DNA of 64,000 nucleotides from Alphaproteobacteria bacterium (GTDB lineage Bacteria; Pseudomonadota; Alphaproteobacteria; MPNO01; UBA830): NCBI GenBank assembly GCA_965243135.1, contig OZ251539.1, positions 480,001 to 544,000 of the forward strand, read 5' to 3'. Shown piece by piece: positions 54,768 to 64,000 of this stretch (position 1 is its first letter; each line of letters starts with the position of its first letter). The notes under the pieces were generated by a model. It saw only the letters and a program-made list of their open reading frames with translations, ran no database searches and was not told where the DNA came from. The position numbers and the translations under genes were made by a program.

Positions 54768-56195
54768 GTGGCCAACAGGGATTTGAGAGACTGGATCGGC
54801 GAACTGGAGGCGGCAGGACAACTCCGCGTCGTCACGGGCGCCGACCGCGAGGAAGAGATCGGCGGCATCGTCGACCTCGCGATGCGCAGGATGACGAACC
54901 CGGCCGTCCTGTTCGACGAGGTGCCGGGCTACCCGAAGGGCCGCCGCGTGCTCGCCAACATCCTGACGTCCGTGCCGCGCATAAACCTCGCGCTCGGACT
55001 GCCGGCCGACTCGCCGGAAATCGCGCTGGTCGAGTTCTGGCGGAACTACATGCGCGACCAGCCGGTCCGCGAGCCGGTGGAAGTCAACGGCGGGCCGCTG
55101 ATCGAGAACGTCTTCGAGGGCGAAGACGTCGACATCGGCGCGATTCCCAGCCCGAAGTGGCACGAACTGGACGGCGGCTACTTCATAGGCACCGCCTGCA
55201 TGGTGGTGATGAAAGATCCCGATTCCGGGTGGATCAACTACGGGGCTTACCGGGTTCAGGCGCATGCGCCGAAGACCGCGTCGGTGATGGTGTCGAAGGG
55301 CAAGCACGGCAATCTCATCATGAACAAGTATTTCGAACGCGGGAAACCGTGTCCGGTCGCCGTGGTCGCGGGCATGCATCCGGCGCTGTTCATGGTGGCG
55401 GGACTCGAGATGCCGTACGGCAGAAACGAGTACGATTGCGCCGGCGGCCTGCTCGGCGAGGGCGTCGAAGTGATCCGCATGCCGCGGACCGGCCTGCCGG
55501 TGCCCGCCGCCGCCGAGATCGCGTTCGAAGGATTCGTGCGCGCTGGAGACCTCGTGGACGAAGGGCCGTTCGGCGAGTGGACCGGCTATTACGCCGGCGA
55601 CATGCATCCCGAGCCGGCGATCCGGATCGAGACCTTGATGCATCGCGACGATCCGGTGCTGCTTGGGGCCATTCCGGGGGTGCCGCCCAACGACGACACT
55701 TTCTATCGCGGCACCTATCGCTGCGGCGCGGTATGGAACCAGCTCGAGGCGGCCGGCATCCCGGAGGTGAAGGGCGTGTGGGCGCACGAAGCGGGCGGCA
55801 GCCGCATGTGGCTTACCGTGTCCATCAGGCAGATGTACGGCGGTCACTCCAAGCAGGCGGGCCTGGTCGCTTCGCAGTGTCACGCCGGCGCCTACGCCAA
55901 TCGCTGGGTCGTCGTGGTCGACGACGACATCGACCCGTCGAACATGAACGACGTCGTCTGGGCCATGTGCACGCGCTGCGATCCGAAGGACGGCGTCGAC
56001 ATTCTGAACAACTGCTGGAGCACACATCTCGATCCGATGAGCTACAGCCACGAGGACCGCCGCAACTCGCGCGTCGTCGTCGACGCGTGCCGTCCCTTCA
56101 ACCGGCGCGACAGCTTTCCGCTGGTCGCCCGCAACAGCGCCGGGCTCGACGAGCGTTTGCGCGCCAAATTCGGAGATCTGTTCCCGGCGCCGTGA
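54768..56195 (+). CDS. UbiD-family (prFMN-dependent) decarboxylase
   Basis: GTG 54768; DLRDWI..LE..GQL, PAVLF, DGGYFIGT, NYGAYR, EGPFGEWTGYY, VVVVDDDID, VVWAMCTR. Confidence 0.93.
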   Translation: MANRDLRDWIGELEAAGQLRVVTGADREEEIGGIVDLAMRRMTNPAVLFDEVPGYPKGRRVLANILTSVPRINLALGLPADSPEIALVEFWRNYMRDQPVREPVEVNGGPLIENVFEGEDVDIGAIPSPKWHELDGGYFIGTACMVVMKDPDSGWINYGAYRVQAHAPKTASVMVSKGKHGNLIMNKYFERGKPCPVAVVAGMHPALFMVAGLEMPYGRNEYDCAGGLLGEGVEVIRMPRTGLPVPAAAEIAFEGFVRAGDLVDEGPFGEWTGYYAGDMHPEPAIRIETLMHRDDPVLLGAIPGVPPNDDTFYRGTYRCGAVWNQLEAAGIPEVKGVWAHEAGGSRMWLTVSIRQMYGGHSKQAGLVASQCHAGAYANRWVVVVDDDIDPSNMNDVVWAMCTRCDPKDGVDILNNCWSTHLDPMSYSHEDRRNSRVVVDACRPFNRRDSFPLVARNSAGLDERLRAKFGDLFPAP

Positions 56196-56246
56196 CCGCG
56201 CGCCGCGAACTGTCTAATATCCCGGAAGAACGGGGAGGGGAAGCGT

Positions 56247-57122
56247 ATGACCGATCTGCGCTACGAGGCGCCGGAATCTCTGAACGAGGCGGTCGCGCTG
56301 GTCGCCGGCGGCGGCAGGGTTCTGGCCGGCGGAACCGACGTGCTCGTTCTGATGCATTCCGAAATGATGGAGCCGGAGTTGCTCGTCGACGTGAAGCGCA
56401 TCCCGGAACTGCGCGAGATCGTCGAGGAGGAAGGCGCTTGGAGAATAGGCGCCGCGGTCCCGGGCATGGCGGTCGTCGACCACGACGGCTTTTCCGCCTC
56501 GTGGCCCGGGGTCGTCGAGGGCGTCGCGCTGATCGGCTCCGTGCAGATCAAGGGCCGCGCCACGGTCGGAGGCAATCTGTGCAACGCGTCTCCGGCGGCG
56601 GACAGCGTTCCTGCGCTGATCGCCGCGGGGGCGGCGGCGGAAATCGCGGGCCCGTCGGGGCGCCGCCGGGAGGCGGTCGAGAACGTCGTGACCGGGCCCG
56701 GCCGGACGTCGCTCGCCGACGGCGAAATCGTCGCGTCGTTCCGGTTCCCGCCGCGGCCGCCCCGCGCGGGCGACTGTTACCTGCGGCTCACTCCGCGCAC
56801 CGAAATGGACATCGCCGTGGTCGGAGCCGGCGTCAACGTCGTCCTCGACGGCGACGGCGTATGCGCGCAAGCCCGAATCGCGCTCGGCGCCGTGGCGCCG
56901 ACCCCGCTGCTCGTGGCCGACGCGGCGGCCGCGCTGATCGGCACCCGGGTCGACGCCGCCGCGCTGGACGACATGGTCGCCGCCTGCCGGGCGGCGTGCG
57001 ACCCCATCAGCGACAAGCGGGGCACGCGCGAATACCGCATCAGGACGGCCGGCGTCATCGCGCGGCGCGCGGCCGAGAAAGCGCTCGCGAGGGCGCGGAG
57101 TTCAGGGGAAGCGACGGGATGA
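56247..57122 (+). CDS. FAD-binding subunit, xanthine dehydrogenase family
   Basis: LAGGTD, IGSVQIKGRATVGGNLCNASPAAD, ALGAVAPTP. Confidence 0.93.
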   Translation: MTDLRYEAPESLNEAVALVAGGGRVLAGGTDVLVLMHSEMMEPELLVDVKRIPELREIVEEEGAWRIGAAVPGMAVVDHDGFSASWPGVVEGVALIGSVQIKGRATVGGNLCNASPAADSVPALIAAGAAAEIAGPSGRRREAVENVVTGPGRTSLADGEIVASFRFPPRPPRAGDCYLRLTPRTEMDIAVVGAGVNVVLDGDGVCAQARIALGAVAPTPLLVADAAAALIGTRVDAAALDDMVAACRAACDPISDKRGTREYRIRTAGVIARRAAEKALARARSSGEATG

Positions 57123-57592
57123 AGGCACATGTCACGACGATCGTGAACGGCGATTCTTACGAGTATCTCTGCGAGCCGGAGAGGACGCTGGTCGACGTTC
57201 TGAGGAACGAGATGGAGCTGACGGGCACCAAGGAAGGCTGCTCGACGGGCGATTGCGGGGCGTGCAGCGTCATCCTCGACGGCGAGCTGGTCTGCTCCTG
57301 CCTGGTGCTCGCCGCCGAGACCGACGGCAGCCGGGTCGAGACCATCGAAGGCATGGCGCGGGACGGCGAACTGCATCCGCTGCAGCGCAACTTCCTGGAA
57401 CTGAACGGTCTGCAATGCGGGATCTGCACGCCCGGCATCCTCGTCGCGGCGAAGGCGCTCCTCGAGCGCAATCCCGATCCCACGGAAACGGAAACCCGCT
57501 ACTGGCTGGCGGGAAATCTTTGCCGCTGCACCGGGTACGACAAGATCGTCCGTTCGGTGATGGCCGCGGCCGAAGAAATGCGGGGAGTTTGA
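57119..57592 (+). CDS. [2Fe-2S] subunit, xanthine dehydrogenase family
   Basis: ATG 57119; GCSTGDCGAC, QCGICTPG, GNLCRCTGY. Confidence 0.93.
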   Translation: MKAHVTTIVNGDSYEYLCEPERTLVDVLRNEMELTGTKEGCSTGDCGACSVILDGELVCSCLVLAAETDGSRVETIEGMARDGELHPLQRNFLELNGLQCGICTPGILVAAKALLERNPDPTETETRYWLAGNLCRCTGYDKIVRSVMAAAEEMRGV

Positions 57593-57594
57593 CC

Positions 57595-59886
57595 ATGGCG
57601 ACGATACTCGAGGACAGCAAGTTCGATCCCGGCCGCGATCTCAAGATCGTCGGCACCAATCCGATCAAGCACGACGGGCTCGACAAGGTGACGGGCCGCG
57701 CGCGGTTCGGCGCGGACGCCTCCCTGCCGGGCATGCTCCACGGCAGGGTTCTCAGGAGCCCGCACGCGCATGCCGCGATCAGGTCGATCGACGCGTCGAA
57801 GGCCGAGGCGCTCCCGGGCGTCAAGGCGGTGATCACCCGCGACGATTTCCCGGACATCCCGACCGGCAGTCCGGCCGGCGACATGAGCCGGAACGCGATG
57901 GCGCGCGAAAAAGCGCTGTACGACGGCCATCCCGTCGCGGCGGTGGCCGCCACGACCGAGGCGATCGCGAAGCGGGCGCTGAAGCTGATCGCGGTGGACT
58001 ACGAGGTTCTGCCGCACGTCATCGATCCGGTCGAGGCGATGAAGCCGGACGCGCCGATTCTGCACGACCACCTGCGGACCAGGGGACTCGACGAGGAAAG
58101 CGACGCGCCCACCAACGTGGTCGAGCGCATGGTCAGCCGGATGGGGGACGTCGAGAAGGGTTTCGCCGAGGCCGACGTCGTCGTCGAGCGCGAGTTCGAC
58201 ACGCAGCCCATGCATCAGGGCTACATCGAACCCCAAGGCTGCATCGCCGACTATTCCGACGACGGACAGGTCTATCTGTGGTGCTGCACCCAGGCGCCGT
58301 TCGTCTACCGCGACCGCCTCTCGGCGATACTCAAGATCGACGCTGCGAGAATCAACGTCCAGCAGTCCGAACTCGGCGGCGGCTTCGGCGGCAAGACCGG
58401 CTTCTACGCCGAGCCGCTCGCGGTCCTTCTGTCGCGGAAGGCGAGCCGTCCGGTCCGGATCGTGATGACCCGCAACGAGGTGTTTCGCGGCACCGGTCCG
58501 GTGGCCGGCACCAGCTACGCGATCAGGATGGGCGTCGCGAAGGACGGCCGGATCACCGCCGCGACCGGCAGGTTGGTGTTCCAGACCGGCGCGTTCACGG
58601 GTTCGATGTACTTCAACGCGCCGAACGCGATGTTCACCCGGTACGACCTGGAGAACGTCCATGTCGAATCCTTCGAGGTCGTTTCCAACCGGCCGAAGGT
58701 GAATTCGTTCCGCGCGCCCTGCGTGCCCCAGATCGTGTTCGGCGTGGAGGGGGTGATCGACGAGCTCGCGAGGAAGATCGGCATGGATCCGATCGATTTG
58801 CGCCTGCGCAACGCGGCGACCGAGGGATACACGACGATCTACGGCGAGACGCTGGGTTCCATCGGCTTCGTCGAGACGCTGGAGGCGGCGAAGAAATGCG
58901 ACCATTACAACTCGCCCGTGCCCGAGGGGCAGGGGCGGGGCGTCGCCGCGGGTTTCTGGTTCAATCGGGGCGGCGAGACTTCGACCTCCCTCAACGTCGC
59001 GCCCGACGGAACGGTGACGATCATCATCGGCACGGCCGACGTCGCGGGGTCCCGGATATCCATCGCGATGATGGCGGCCGAAGAGCTGGGAATCGACGTC
59101 GACAAGGTGCGCATCACGATGGCCGACACCAATTCGCTCGGCTTCAACCGCGTCACGGCGGGCAGCCGGACCACGTACTCGGTCGGCATGACCGTGGTGG
59201 ACAACGCGCGCCGCTGCATCGACGAACTGTGCCGCCGCGCGGCGCAGATCTGGGACGTGCCGGAGGACGCCGTCGTCTACGAGAACGGCCAATGCCGGCC
59301 GGCGAGTCAGAACGTCGGCGATTTCGAGCCGCTGTCCATCGCCGACGTCACCCGGCGGACGACCATGTCGCACGGCGCCGTCACGGCGAGCGCGTCGATG
59401 AACGTCACCGGGGCGGGGCCGGGGTTCGGCCTTCATATCGTCGACGTGAAGGTCGACGAAGAGACCGGGCGAACGGACGTGATGCGCTACACGGTCGTCG
59501 AGGACGCCGGCAAGGCGATCCATCCGCTGCAGGTCGAGGGCCAGTATCAGGGCGGGGCCGTGCAGGGAATCGGATGGGCGCTCAACGAGGAGTACGTGTA
59601 CGGCGAGGACGGCCGCATGCAGAACGCGAGCTTTCTCGATTACCGCATGCCCGTCACTTCCGACGTTCCGATGATCGACACGGTCATCGTCGAGGTGCCC
59701 AATCCGAAGCACCCGTTCGGATTGCGCGGCGTGGGCGAAGTTCCGGTCGTGCCCACGATGGCCGCGATCGGCAACGCGATCGGCGACGCGATCGGGGTTC
59801 GCCCCCGGTCGCTGCCGATGTCGCCGCCGAAGCTGCTCGAGCTGATCGAGAAGGCGGAGCCGGACCCGTCCTACGTCCGAGGATGA
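57595..59886 (+). CDS. Molybdopterin-binding subunit, xanthine dehydrogenase family
   Basis: ATG 57595; KVTGRARF, RSPHAHA, HQGYIEP, GGGFGGK, FRAP, GQYQGGAVQGIG, RGVGEVP. Confidence 0.93.
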   Translation: MATILEDSKFDPGRDLKIVGTNPIKHDGLDKVTGRARFGADASLPGMLHGRVLRSPHAHAAIRSIDASKAEALPGVKAVITRDDFPDIPTGSPAGDMSRNAMAREKALYDGHPVAAVAATTEAIAKRALKLIAVDYEVLPHVIDPVEAMKPDAPILHDHLRTRGLDEESDAPTNVVERMVSRMGDVEKGFAEADVVVEREFDTQPMHQGYIEPQGCIADYSDDGQVYLWCCTQAPFVYRDRLSAILKIDAARINVQQSELGGGFGGKTGFYAEPLAVLLSRKASRPVRIVMTRNEVFRGTGPVAGTSYAIRMGVAKDGRITAATGRLVFQTGAFTGSMYFNAPNAMFTRYDLENVHVESFEVVSNRPKVNSFRAPCVPQIVFGVEGVIDELARKIGMDPIDLRLRNAATEGYTTIYGETLGSIGFVETLEAAKKCDHYNSPVPEGQGRGVAAGFWFNRGGETSTSLNVAPDGTVTIIIGTADVAGSRISIAMMAAEELGIDVDKVRITMADTNSLGFNRVTAGSRTTYSVGMTVVDNARRCIDELCRRAAQIWDVPEDAVVYENGQCRPASQNVGDFEPLSIADVTRRTTMSHGAVTASASMNVTGAGPGFGLHIVDVKVDEETGRTDVMRYTVVEDAGKAIHPLQVEGQYQGGAVQGIGWALNEEYVYGEDGRMQNASFLDYRMPVTSDVPMIDTVIVEVPNPKHPFGLRGVGEVPVVPTMAAIGNAIGDAIGVRPRSLPMSPPKLLELIEKAEPDPSYVRG

Positions 59887-59983
59887 GCATGACGCGGCCG
59901 CTGGTTTTCCGCCTGTCCGTCTCGGGCTCGGTCGCGGTTGCCGACGGCGTTTCGTGAGCGCTTTCTTGGCGGCGGAAGCGAAC

Positions 59984-60451
59984 ATGCGTGAGATCGTCAA
60001 GCGCGCAGTCGTCGAAACGCCTGCCGACGAGGTCTGGGCTATCGTCGGCCAGTTCGGTCTATTGCCGAAATGGTCGCCGCTCGTCACTCAATGCCGGGTG
60101 GAAGGCTCCGGGGTCGGCGCGGTCCGGACATTGACCGTAAACGATGGTGCCGTCGTGAAGGAACGAATGGACGCTTACGACGCCGGCCGTCGCACGTACG
60201 CCTATTCCGTTATCGATCCCGGCGCGCTGCCGCTGAAGAGCTGGCGATCGACGGTCCGCGTCGAACCCGACGGCGAGGGATGCTCGATCTTTACCTGGAC
60301 AGGGCGGTTCGAAGTTTCCGGGGCGGAAGAGGCGGAGACCGTCCGTTGGATCGACGCCTTTTACGAAGCAGGCATCGGGGCGCTGCGGGAGCGGGCTTTC
60401 GCCGACCCGCATCCCGCCATCGCGAAGTGGCCCGCTCAAGCGATCACCTGA
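59984..60451 (+). CDS. SRPBCC/polyketide-cyclase-2 family protein
   Basis: PADEVWAIVGQF..L.KW.P, GVGAVRTL, ER...D......Y. Confidence 0.82.
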   Translation: MREIVKRAVVETPADEVWAIVGQFGLLPKWSPLVTQCRVEGSGVGAVRTLTVNDGAVVKERMDAYDAGRRTYAYSVIDPGALPLKSWRSTVRVEPDGEGCSIFTWTGRFEVSGAEEAETVRWIDAFYEAGIGALRERAFADPHPAIAKWPAQAIT

Positions 60452-60480
60452 AGCCGACGTGGCGGGAAAGTCTTCCGCTT

Positions 60481-61404
60481 CTACGACAGATCCAGCATCC
60501 GGCTCACGTTGCCTGACGCCTCGAGCACCGTTTCTTTCATCCAGGCGTACGCATTCTCCTTCTCGAGTTCCGCGTTCGACAAGAGGCTGATGGAGTAGCT
60601 GCCGACGTCGACCGGCGGTTCCAACACCTGGAGATTGCAGTAGTCCTTGAAGATGGTCGCGACGCTCCTCGGGACAAGCGCGAGGAGTTCGGACGTGGAA
60701 ACGATGAACGGGACGGAGAGCAGATTGCCGGTCGTGAGGGCGTATCTTGCCGAGATTCCTTCCTGGGCGAGCAAGGCTTGAACGTCGGCGAACAACGGAA
60801 TGTTGATTTGCGGCAGACTCGCCAGATGCGAGATGCGGAGTTTTCCGGAAATTTTCGGGTGGTCCGCTCGCGCCACGAAACGATACTGATCGGCGAAGAG
60901 CTCCGTCCGGGCGCATCGTTGCCCTGCACGTTCCAGCGTGCCGATGGCGAAGTCGACCTCGTTCCGGGATACTTGGGTTTCCGCCTCGCGCCCGTCGACG
61001 TAATCGACGGTGACGCTGACCTTCGGCGCCGTCGCCTGGAGGCGTTCCACGAGCACGGGGAGCAGAAAGAACGCCGTGTAGTTCACCAGGCCGAACCGGA
61101 ACGAACGCATCAAGGACGCGGGATCGAAAACGGTTTCCAGCGTCGAGCCGATATTCTGGATAGCGCATTGAATTGCGGGGGCGATTTCCCGCGCCCGAAC
61201 GGTCGGTCGGAGGCCGCCCTTCGTTCGCATGAAGAGCGGGTCGCCGTACAGGCGCCGAAGCCTTCGGACGGCGTGGCTCACGGCCGGTTGCGTAAGCCCG
61301 ATCTCGCGAGCCGCTTCCGTTACCGTTCCGAGCCGGAAAACCGTGTCGAAGATCACGAGCAGGTTCAGATCCACGTTTCTAATATGCATATGATTCATGT
61401 TCAT
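60481..61404 (-). CDS. LysR-family transcriptional regulator
   Basis: DLNLLVIF, VTEAAREIGLTQPAVSHAVRRLR...DPLF; divergent from 61552. Confidence 0.93.
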   Translation of the reverse strand: MNMNHMHIRNVDLNLLVIFDTVFRLGTVTEAAREIGLTQPAVSHAVRRLRRLYGDPLFMRTKGGLRPTVRAREIAPAIQCAIQNIGSTLETVFDPASLMRSFRFGLVNYTAFFLLPVLVERLQATAPKVSVTVDYVDGREAETQVSRNEVDFAIGTLERAGQRCARTELFADQYRFVARADHPKISGKLRISHLASLPQINIPLFADVQALLAQEGISARYALTTGNLLSVPFIVSTSELLALVPRSVATIFKDYCNLQVLEPPVDVGSYSISLLSNAELEKENAYAWMKETVLEASGNVSRMLDLS

Positions 61405-61551
61405 TTTCCAAATTATTCATTTGACAGCATTGTAACGCAACCTATGATTCGCCTTTGGATCGCGCTCCGCCAGGGCCGGACGATCCGCCGCGGGCGCCGC
61501 CATGGAAAGATCGCCGAGGCGACGGCGGTTGCGCAGCGAGGGAGACAGGTT

Positions 61552-63009
61552 ATGGATCATGCGCCGCACGCTCATTCCGGTCGAACTTCGAAGCACCGGC
61601 CCCCTCGCTGTCCGCCGTATCTCGAAGCGAAGAGCGCGGACGACTTGCTGCCCTATTTCGAGGCGGTCGCGAAGCGGGATTTCAGCCCCGGCCTGTGGGC
61701 CGCCTGGAATCTCCAGAAAGGCGAACGCGTTCTCCTGCGCGTCGACAGCTGGCATCATCCCATGTGCGTCGAAGCGGCGATCAAGACCCTCGAGAAATTC
61801 GGCTGCAGCTACGAGCTGATCAACGCCGACCGCGGGCCGCCGCCTACGTTCGAAGGACACAACGAGGCCGAACTCTTCATCGACCTTACCCGCGAAATCG
61901 CCGAATGGTTCGAGGCGTGGGAGAAGCTCGACGACGAGGGCAAATACGACAAGGTTCTCTGGGGGTTCGGCGGACCGATCCTTTCGGAGCGCAAGCTCAA
62001 GGTGCAACGATTTCCCTTTATCACGCCGGAAATGGTGATGTCCGCCGCTCACACGATTCCCGGCGAGATACTCCATGCGATCGACCAATGGACATGGAAG
62101 AGATGCCTCGGCGCCAAGCGCGTTCATATCGTCGATCCGGAAGGCACCGACCTCTGGTACACTGCGCACGACGAATATTTCGATGCGACCCGCACTTATT
62201 TCAACGAGGAATACATCAAGGATTGGTATCCGCAAAACGTCGCCTATGGGCGCACTTACCTTCCGGGCCATCTCTGGGGCAAGCCCAACTTCCTGCTCCC
62301 CGGGGCGCTCGAAGACGGAACGGGGGTGGTCGCCGGCACGATGAATCACATCGGTCCGTTTCCGCATATAAAGCTTCACATGAAGGACAGCCGCATCGTC
62401 GAGATCGAGGACGGCGGCGAGTTCGGCGACAAGTTGCGCAACATACTCGACCAGACGTACGACGTGCAATATCCCGGCCACCCCGACAAGGGGCTGATGT
62501 ACTGGTGGGAGTCGTCGATCGGCACGAACCCCAAGATCCACCGACCGCGTTCCGGTTTTCTCGACGGCTGGAATTGCGCGCTCTACGAGCGCATGCGAAG
62601 CGGCATCATACATATCGGATACGGCTCGGTGATTTCGAGCGCGATGGAAAAGGAAGCCGTGTTGAGCGGCTTGCCGTGCGTCGGTCACTGGCACGTTCAC
62701 CTCTATTTCCCCGACGTCGACGTCGAAACCGTCGACGGGCGCACGGAGCGAATCATCGAGGACGGGCGATTGCTGGCGCTCGACGATCCGGACGTTCGCA
62801 GGATCGCCGAAAGGTACGGAGATCCTGACGATTTTCTGGAGGAGGACTGGATCCCGGCGATCCCCGGAATCAACATGGATGGAGAGTACTGGCGCGACTA
62901 CGCCCGCGATCCGATGGACTGGACCGCGACGGAACTCAGCATCTGCCGCAAGTGGCATCACCTGTACATGAAGATGACAGGGGCCGAACATCGCGGTCAC
63001 TGCGGGTAA
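61552..63009 (+). CDS. Hypothetical metalloenzyme, possibly M29 aminopeptidase/NicX-like fold
   Basis: GGGAGA RBS, ATG 61552, 485 aa; GTDL, ESSIGTNPK, ERMRSGIIHIGYG, HWHVH, IIEDGRL. Confidence 0.5.
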   Translation: MDHAPHAHSGRTSKHRPPRCPPYLEAKSADDLLPYFEAVAKRDFSPGLWAAWNLQKGERVLLRVDSWHHPMCVEAAIKTLEKFGCSYELINADRGPPPTFEGHNEAELFIDLTREIAEWFEAWEKLDDEGKYDKVLWGFGGPILSERKLKVQRFPFITPEMVMSAAHTIPGEILHAIDQWTWKRCLGAKRVHIVDPEGTDLWYTAHDEYFDATRTYFNEEYIKDWYPQNVAYGRTYLPGHLWGKPNFLLPGALEDGTGVVAGTMNHIGPFPHIKLHMKDSRIVEIEDGGEFGDKLRNILDQTYDVQYPGHPDKGLMYWWESSIGTNPKIHRPRSGFLDGWNCALYERMRSGIIHIGYGSVISSAMEKEAVLSGLPCVGHWHVHLYFPDVDVETVDGRTERIIEDGRLLALDDPDVRRIAERYGDPDDFLEEDWIPAIPGINMDGEYWRDYARDPMDWTATELSICRKWHHLYMKMTGAEHRGHCG

Positions 63010-63044
63010 CGGCATCATCGAGGAGAGAAGACGGAGACGGAACA

Positions 63045-63326
63045 ATGCCACAGTTCATCACGATTCACCGGGCGCCCGGATTGCTGCGGGAGGAATGGGC
63101 GGAGAACGCGGTCCATGTCCACAAGGCGGAACTGGCGGATTTCAGGCAGGCGTACGTCAATCTCGGCAGCGGATTCATCGTGACGATCTACGAATCCGAA
63201 AACCACGATGCGCTCGTCGAGCAGTTCGAACGGCTGGGACTGCCTTACGAGGAAATCCACGAAATCCAGTTCTCGCAATCGCGCGAGGAGATGGAAGGCA
63301 TGCTTAGGCAAATGGGAAAAATCTAG
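63045..63326 (+). CDS. DUF4242-like small protein
   Basis: 93 aa, MPQFITIH...Y.....G....IYES.....L.......GLPYEEI.E pattern. Confidence 0.6.
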   Translation: MPQFITIHRAPGLLREEWAENAVHVHKAELADFRQAYVNLGSGFIVTIYESENHDALVEQFERLGLPYEEIHEIQFSQSREEMEGMLRQMGKI

Positions 63327-63378
63327 GCATCGGACTTCCTTGCCGCGTTCGTCTGGGCAATCTGCAGGGAGCATCGGC

Positions 63379-64000
63379 ATGAACGGAAAACTTTCCATTG
63401 CGCCTCCACGCAAGGATCGAGAGCCTCTGAGGAACAATCTCTTCAACTGCATGCAGAAGGGCAACGCGAACTTGACGCTTCTTTTCCCTTATCTGCATCG
63501 CGGCGCGATGGTGGCGGCGGGCGCCGTGTTCGTGGGGGGACCCGAAAGCGACTACGGTCATTTCTACCATCACAACAGCGTGGACGAAGTCATAACCAAC
63601 TTCGCTTCCAACGGCGGGATTTTACGGACCGGACAGGTATATTGCGGCGGCCGCGTCCATGGCGTGAATTCTTTTCTCAAGGACGAGAAAGACTCCGAAT
63701 ATTTCGCGCTCATGAGCGTCGTGCAGCGGCAATGCGAAACCGGCAAGCAGACGGAGGCGGTGAGCGTTCATTGCGCGAATTGCCGCGAACGTTTGTTTCA
63801 CGGGGAGTTCGACGCGACGCCGGACGACGAATCGACCGACATGACGCATCCGTTTCCGTCGGTCGCGTGTCTGCCGCCGATTTTCGAGGAATACAATGCC
63901 GACGAAACGCGGCGCACGTGTTCCAAGTGCGGGACGGTGAACGACATATTCCCCATCTCGTCGTGGGGATGGAGCGAGTACGCCCGAAAATCCGAAATCC
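63379..64000 (+). CDS. 3-hydroxyanthranilate-dioxygenase-like cupin with a rubredoxin-like Cys4 site (runs off the window)
   Basis: Open frame from ATG 63379 (GGGAG RBS): VGGP, HFYHHNSVDE, VHG, HCANC, YNADETRRTCSKCGTVN. Confidence 0.6.
   Translation, partial: MNGKLSIAPPRKDREPLRNNLFNCMQKGNANLTLLFPYLHRGAMVAAGAVFVGGPESDYGHFYHHNSVDEVITNFASNGGILRTGQVYCGGRVHGVNSFLKDEKDSEYFALMSVVQRQCETGKQTEAVSVHCANCRERLFHGEFDATPDDESTDMTHPFPSVACLPPIFEEYNADETRRTCSKCGTVNDIFPISSWGWSEYARKSEI

Noticed and set aside
1-64000. tRNA, rRNA, integrase or att site for the secretion island
   Set aside because: None recognised by eye; a covariance-model search would be needed to exclude small RNAs

Overview
High-GC bacterial DNA (protein families look proteobacterial; a host-associated lifestyle is possible but is inference) in four blocks. 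(1) 1-3000: a decayed DUF4338 gene, a truncated duplicate of the last gene of the secretion operon, and an 18-repeat ankyrin gene with its own sigma70-like promoter. (2) 3118-32041: a ~29 kb, very GC-rich, co-directional (minus strand), largely translationally coupled cluster. It joins an R64/IncI-type type IVb pilus module (pilN,O,P,Q,R,S, two pilV-like genes, a prepilin peptidase fused to a TcpQ domain) to a Dot/Icm-like type IVB secretion core (dotD,C,B, icmT, dotI,H,G, icmC, icmD, icmB, traW/icmX-like, dotA). It ends in a VirD4/TraG-type coupling protein; I recognise no DotL/DotM, relaxase, primase or integrase. (3) 32101-38633 and 54768-64000: two divergent catabolic clusters (NMT1-type ABC transporter, two xanthine-dehydrogenase-family Mo hydroxylases, UbiD decarboxylase, LysR, an M29/NicX-fold protein, a 3-hydroxyanthranilate-dioxygenase-like cupin). 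(4) 38630-54470, between them: a defence/mobile-element hotspot with orphan antitoxins and broken toxins, two near-identical 961-aa restriction-modification fusion genes differing in patches, an intact and a micro-deleted ISAs1-type element whose transposase is fused to DUF4338, a nested MITE, and a SLATT-like gene. Best candidate for an undescribed system: the hybrid T4bP + Dot/Icm + VirD4 machine with an adjacent, direct-repeat-flanked ankyrin gene. All family calls are from motif recognition by eye, not database searches.
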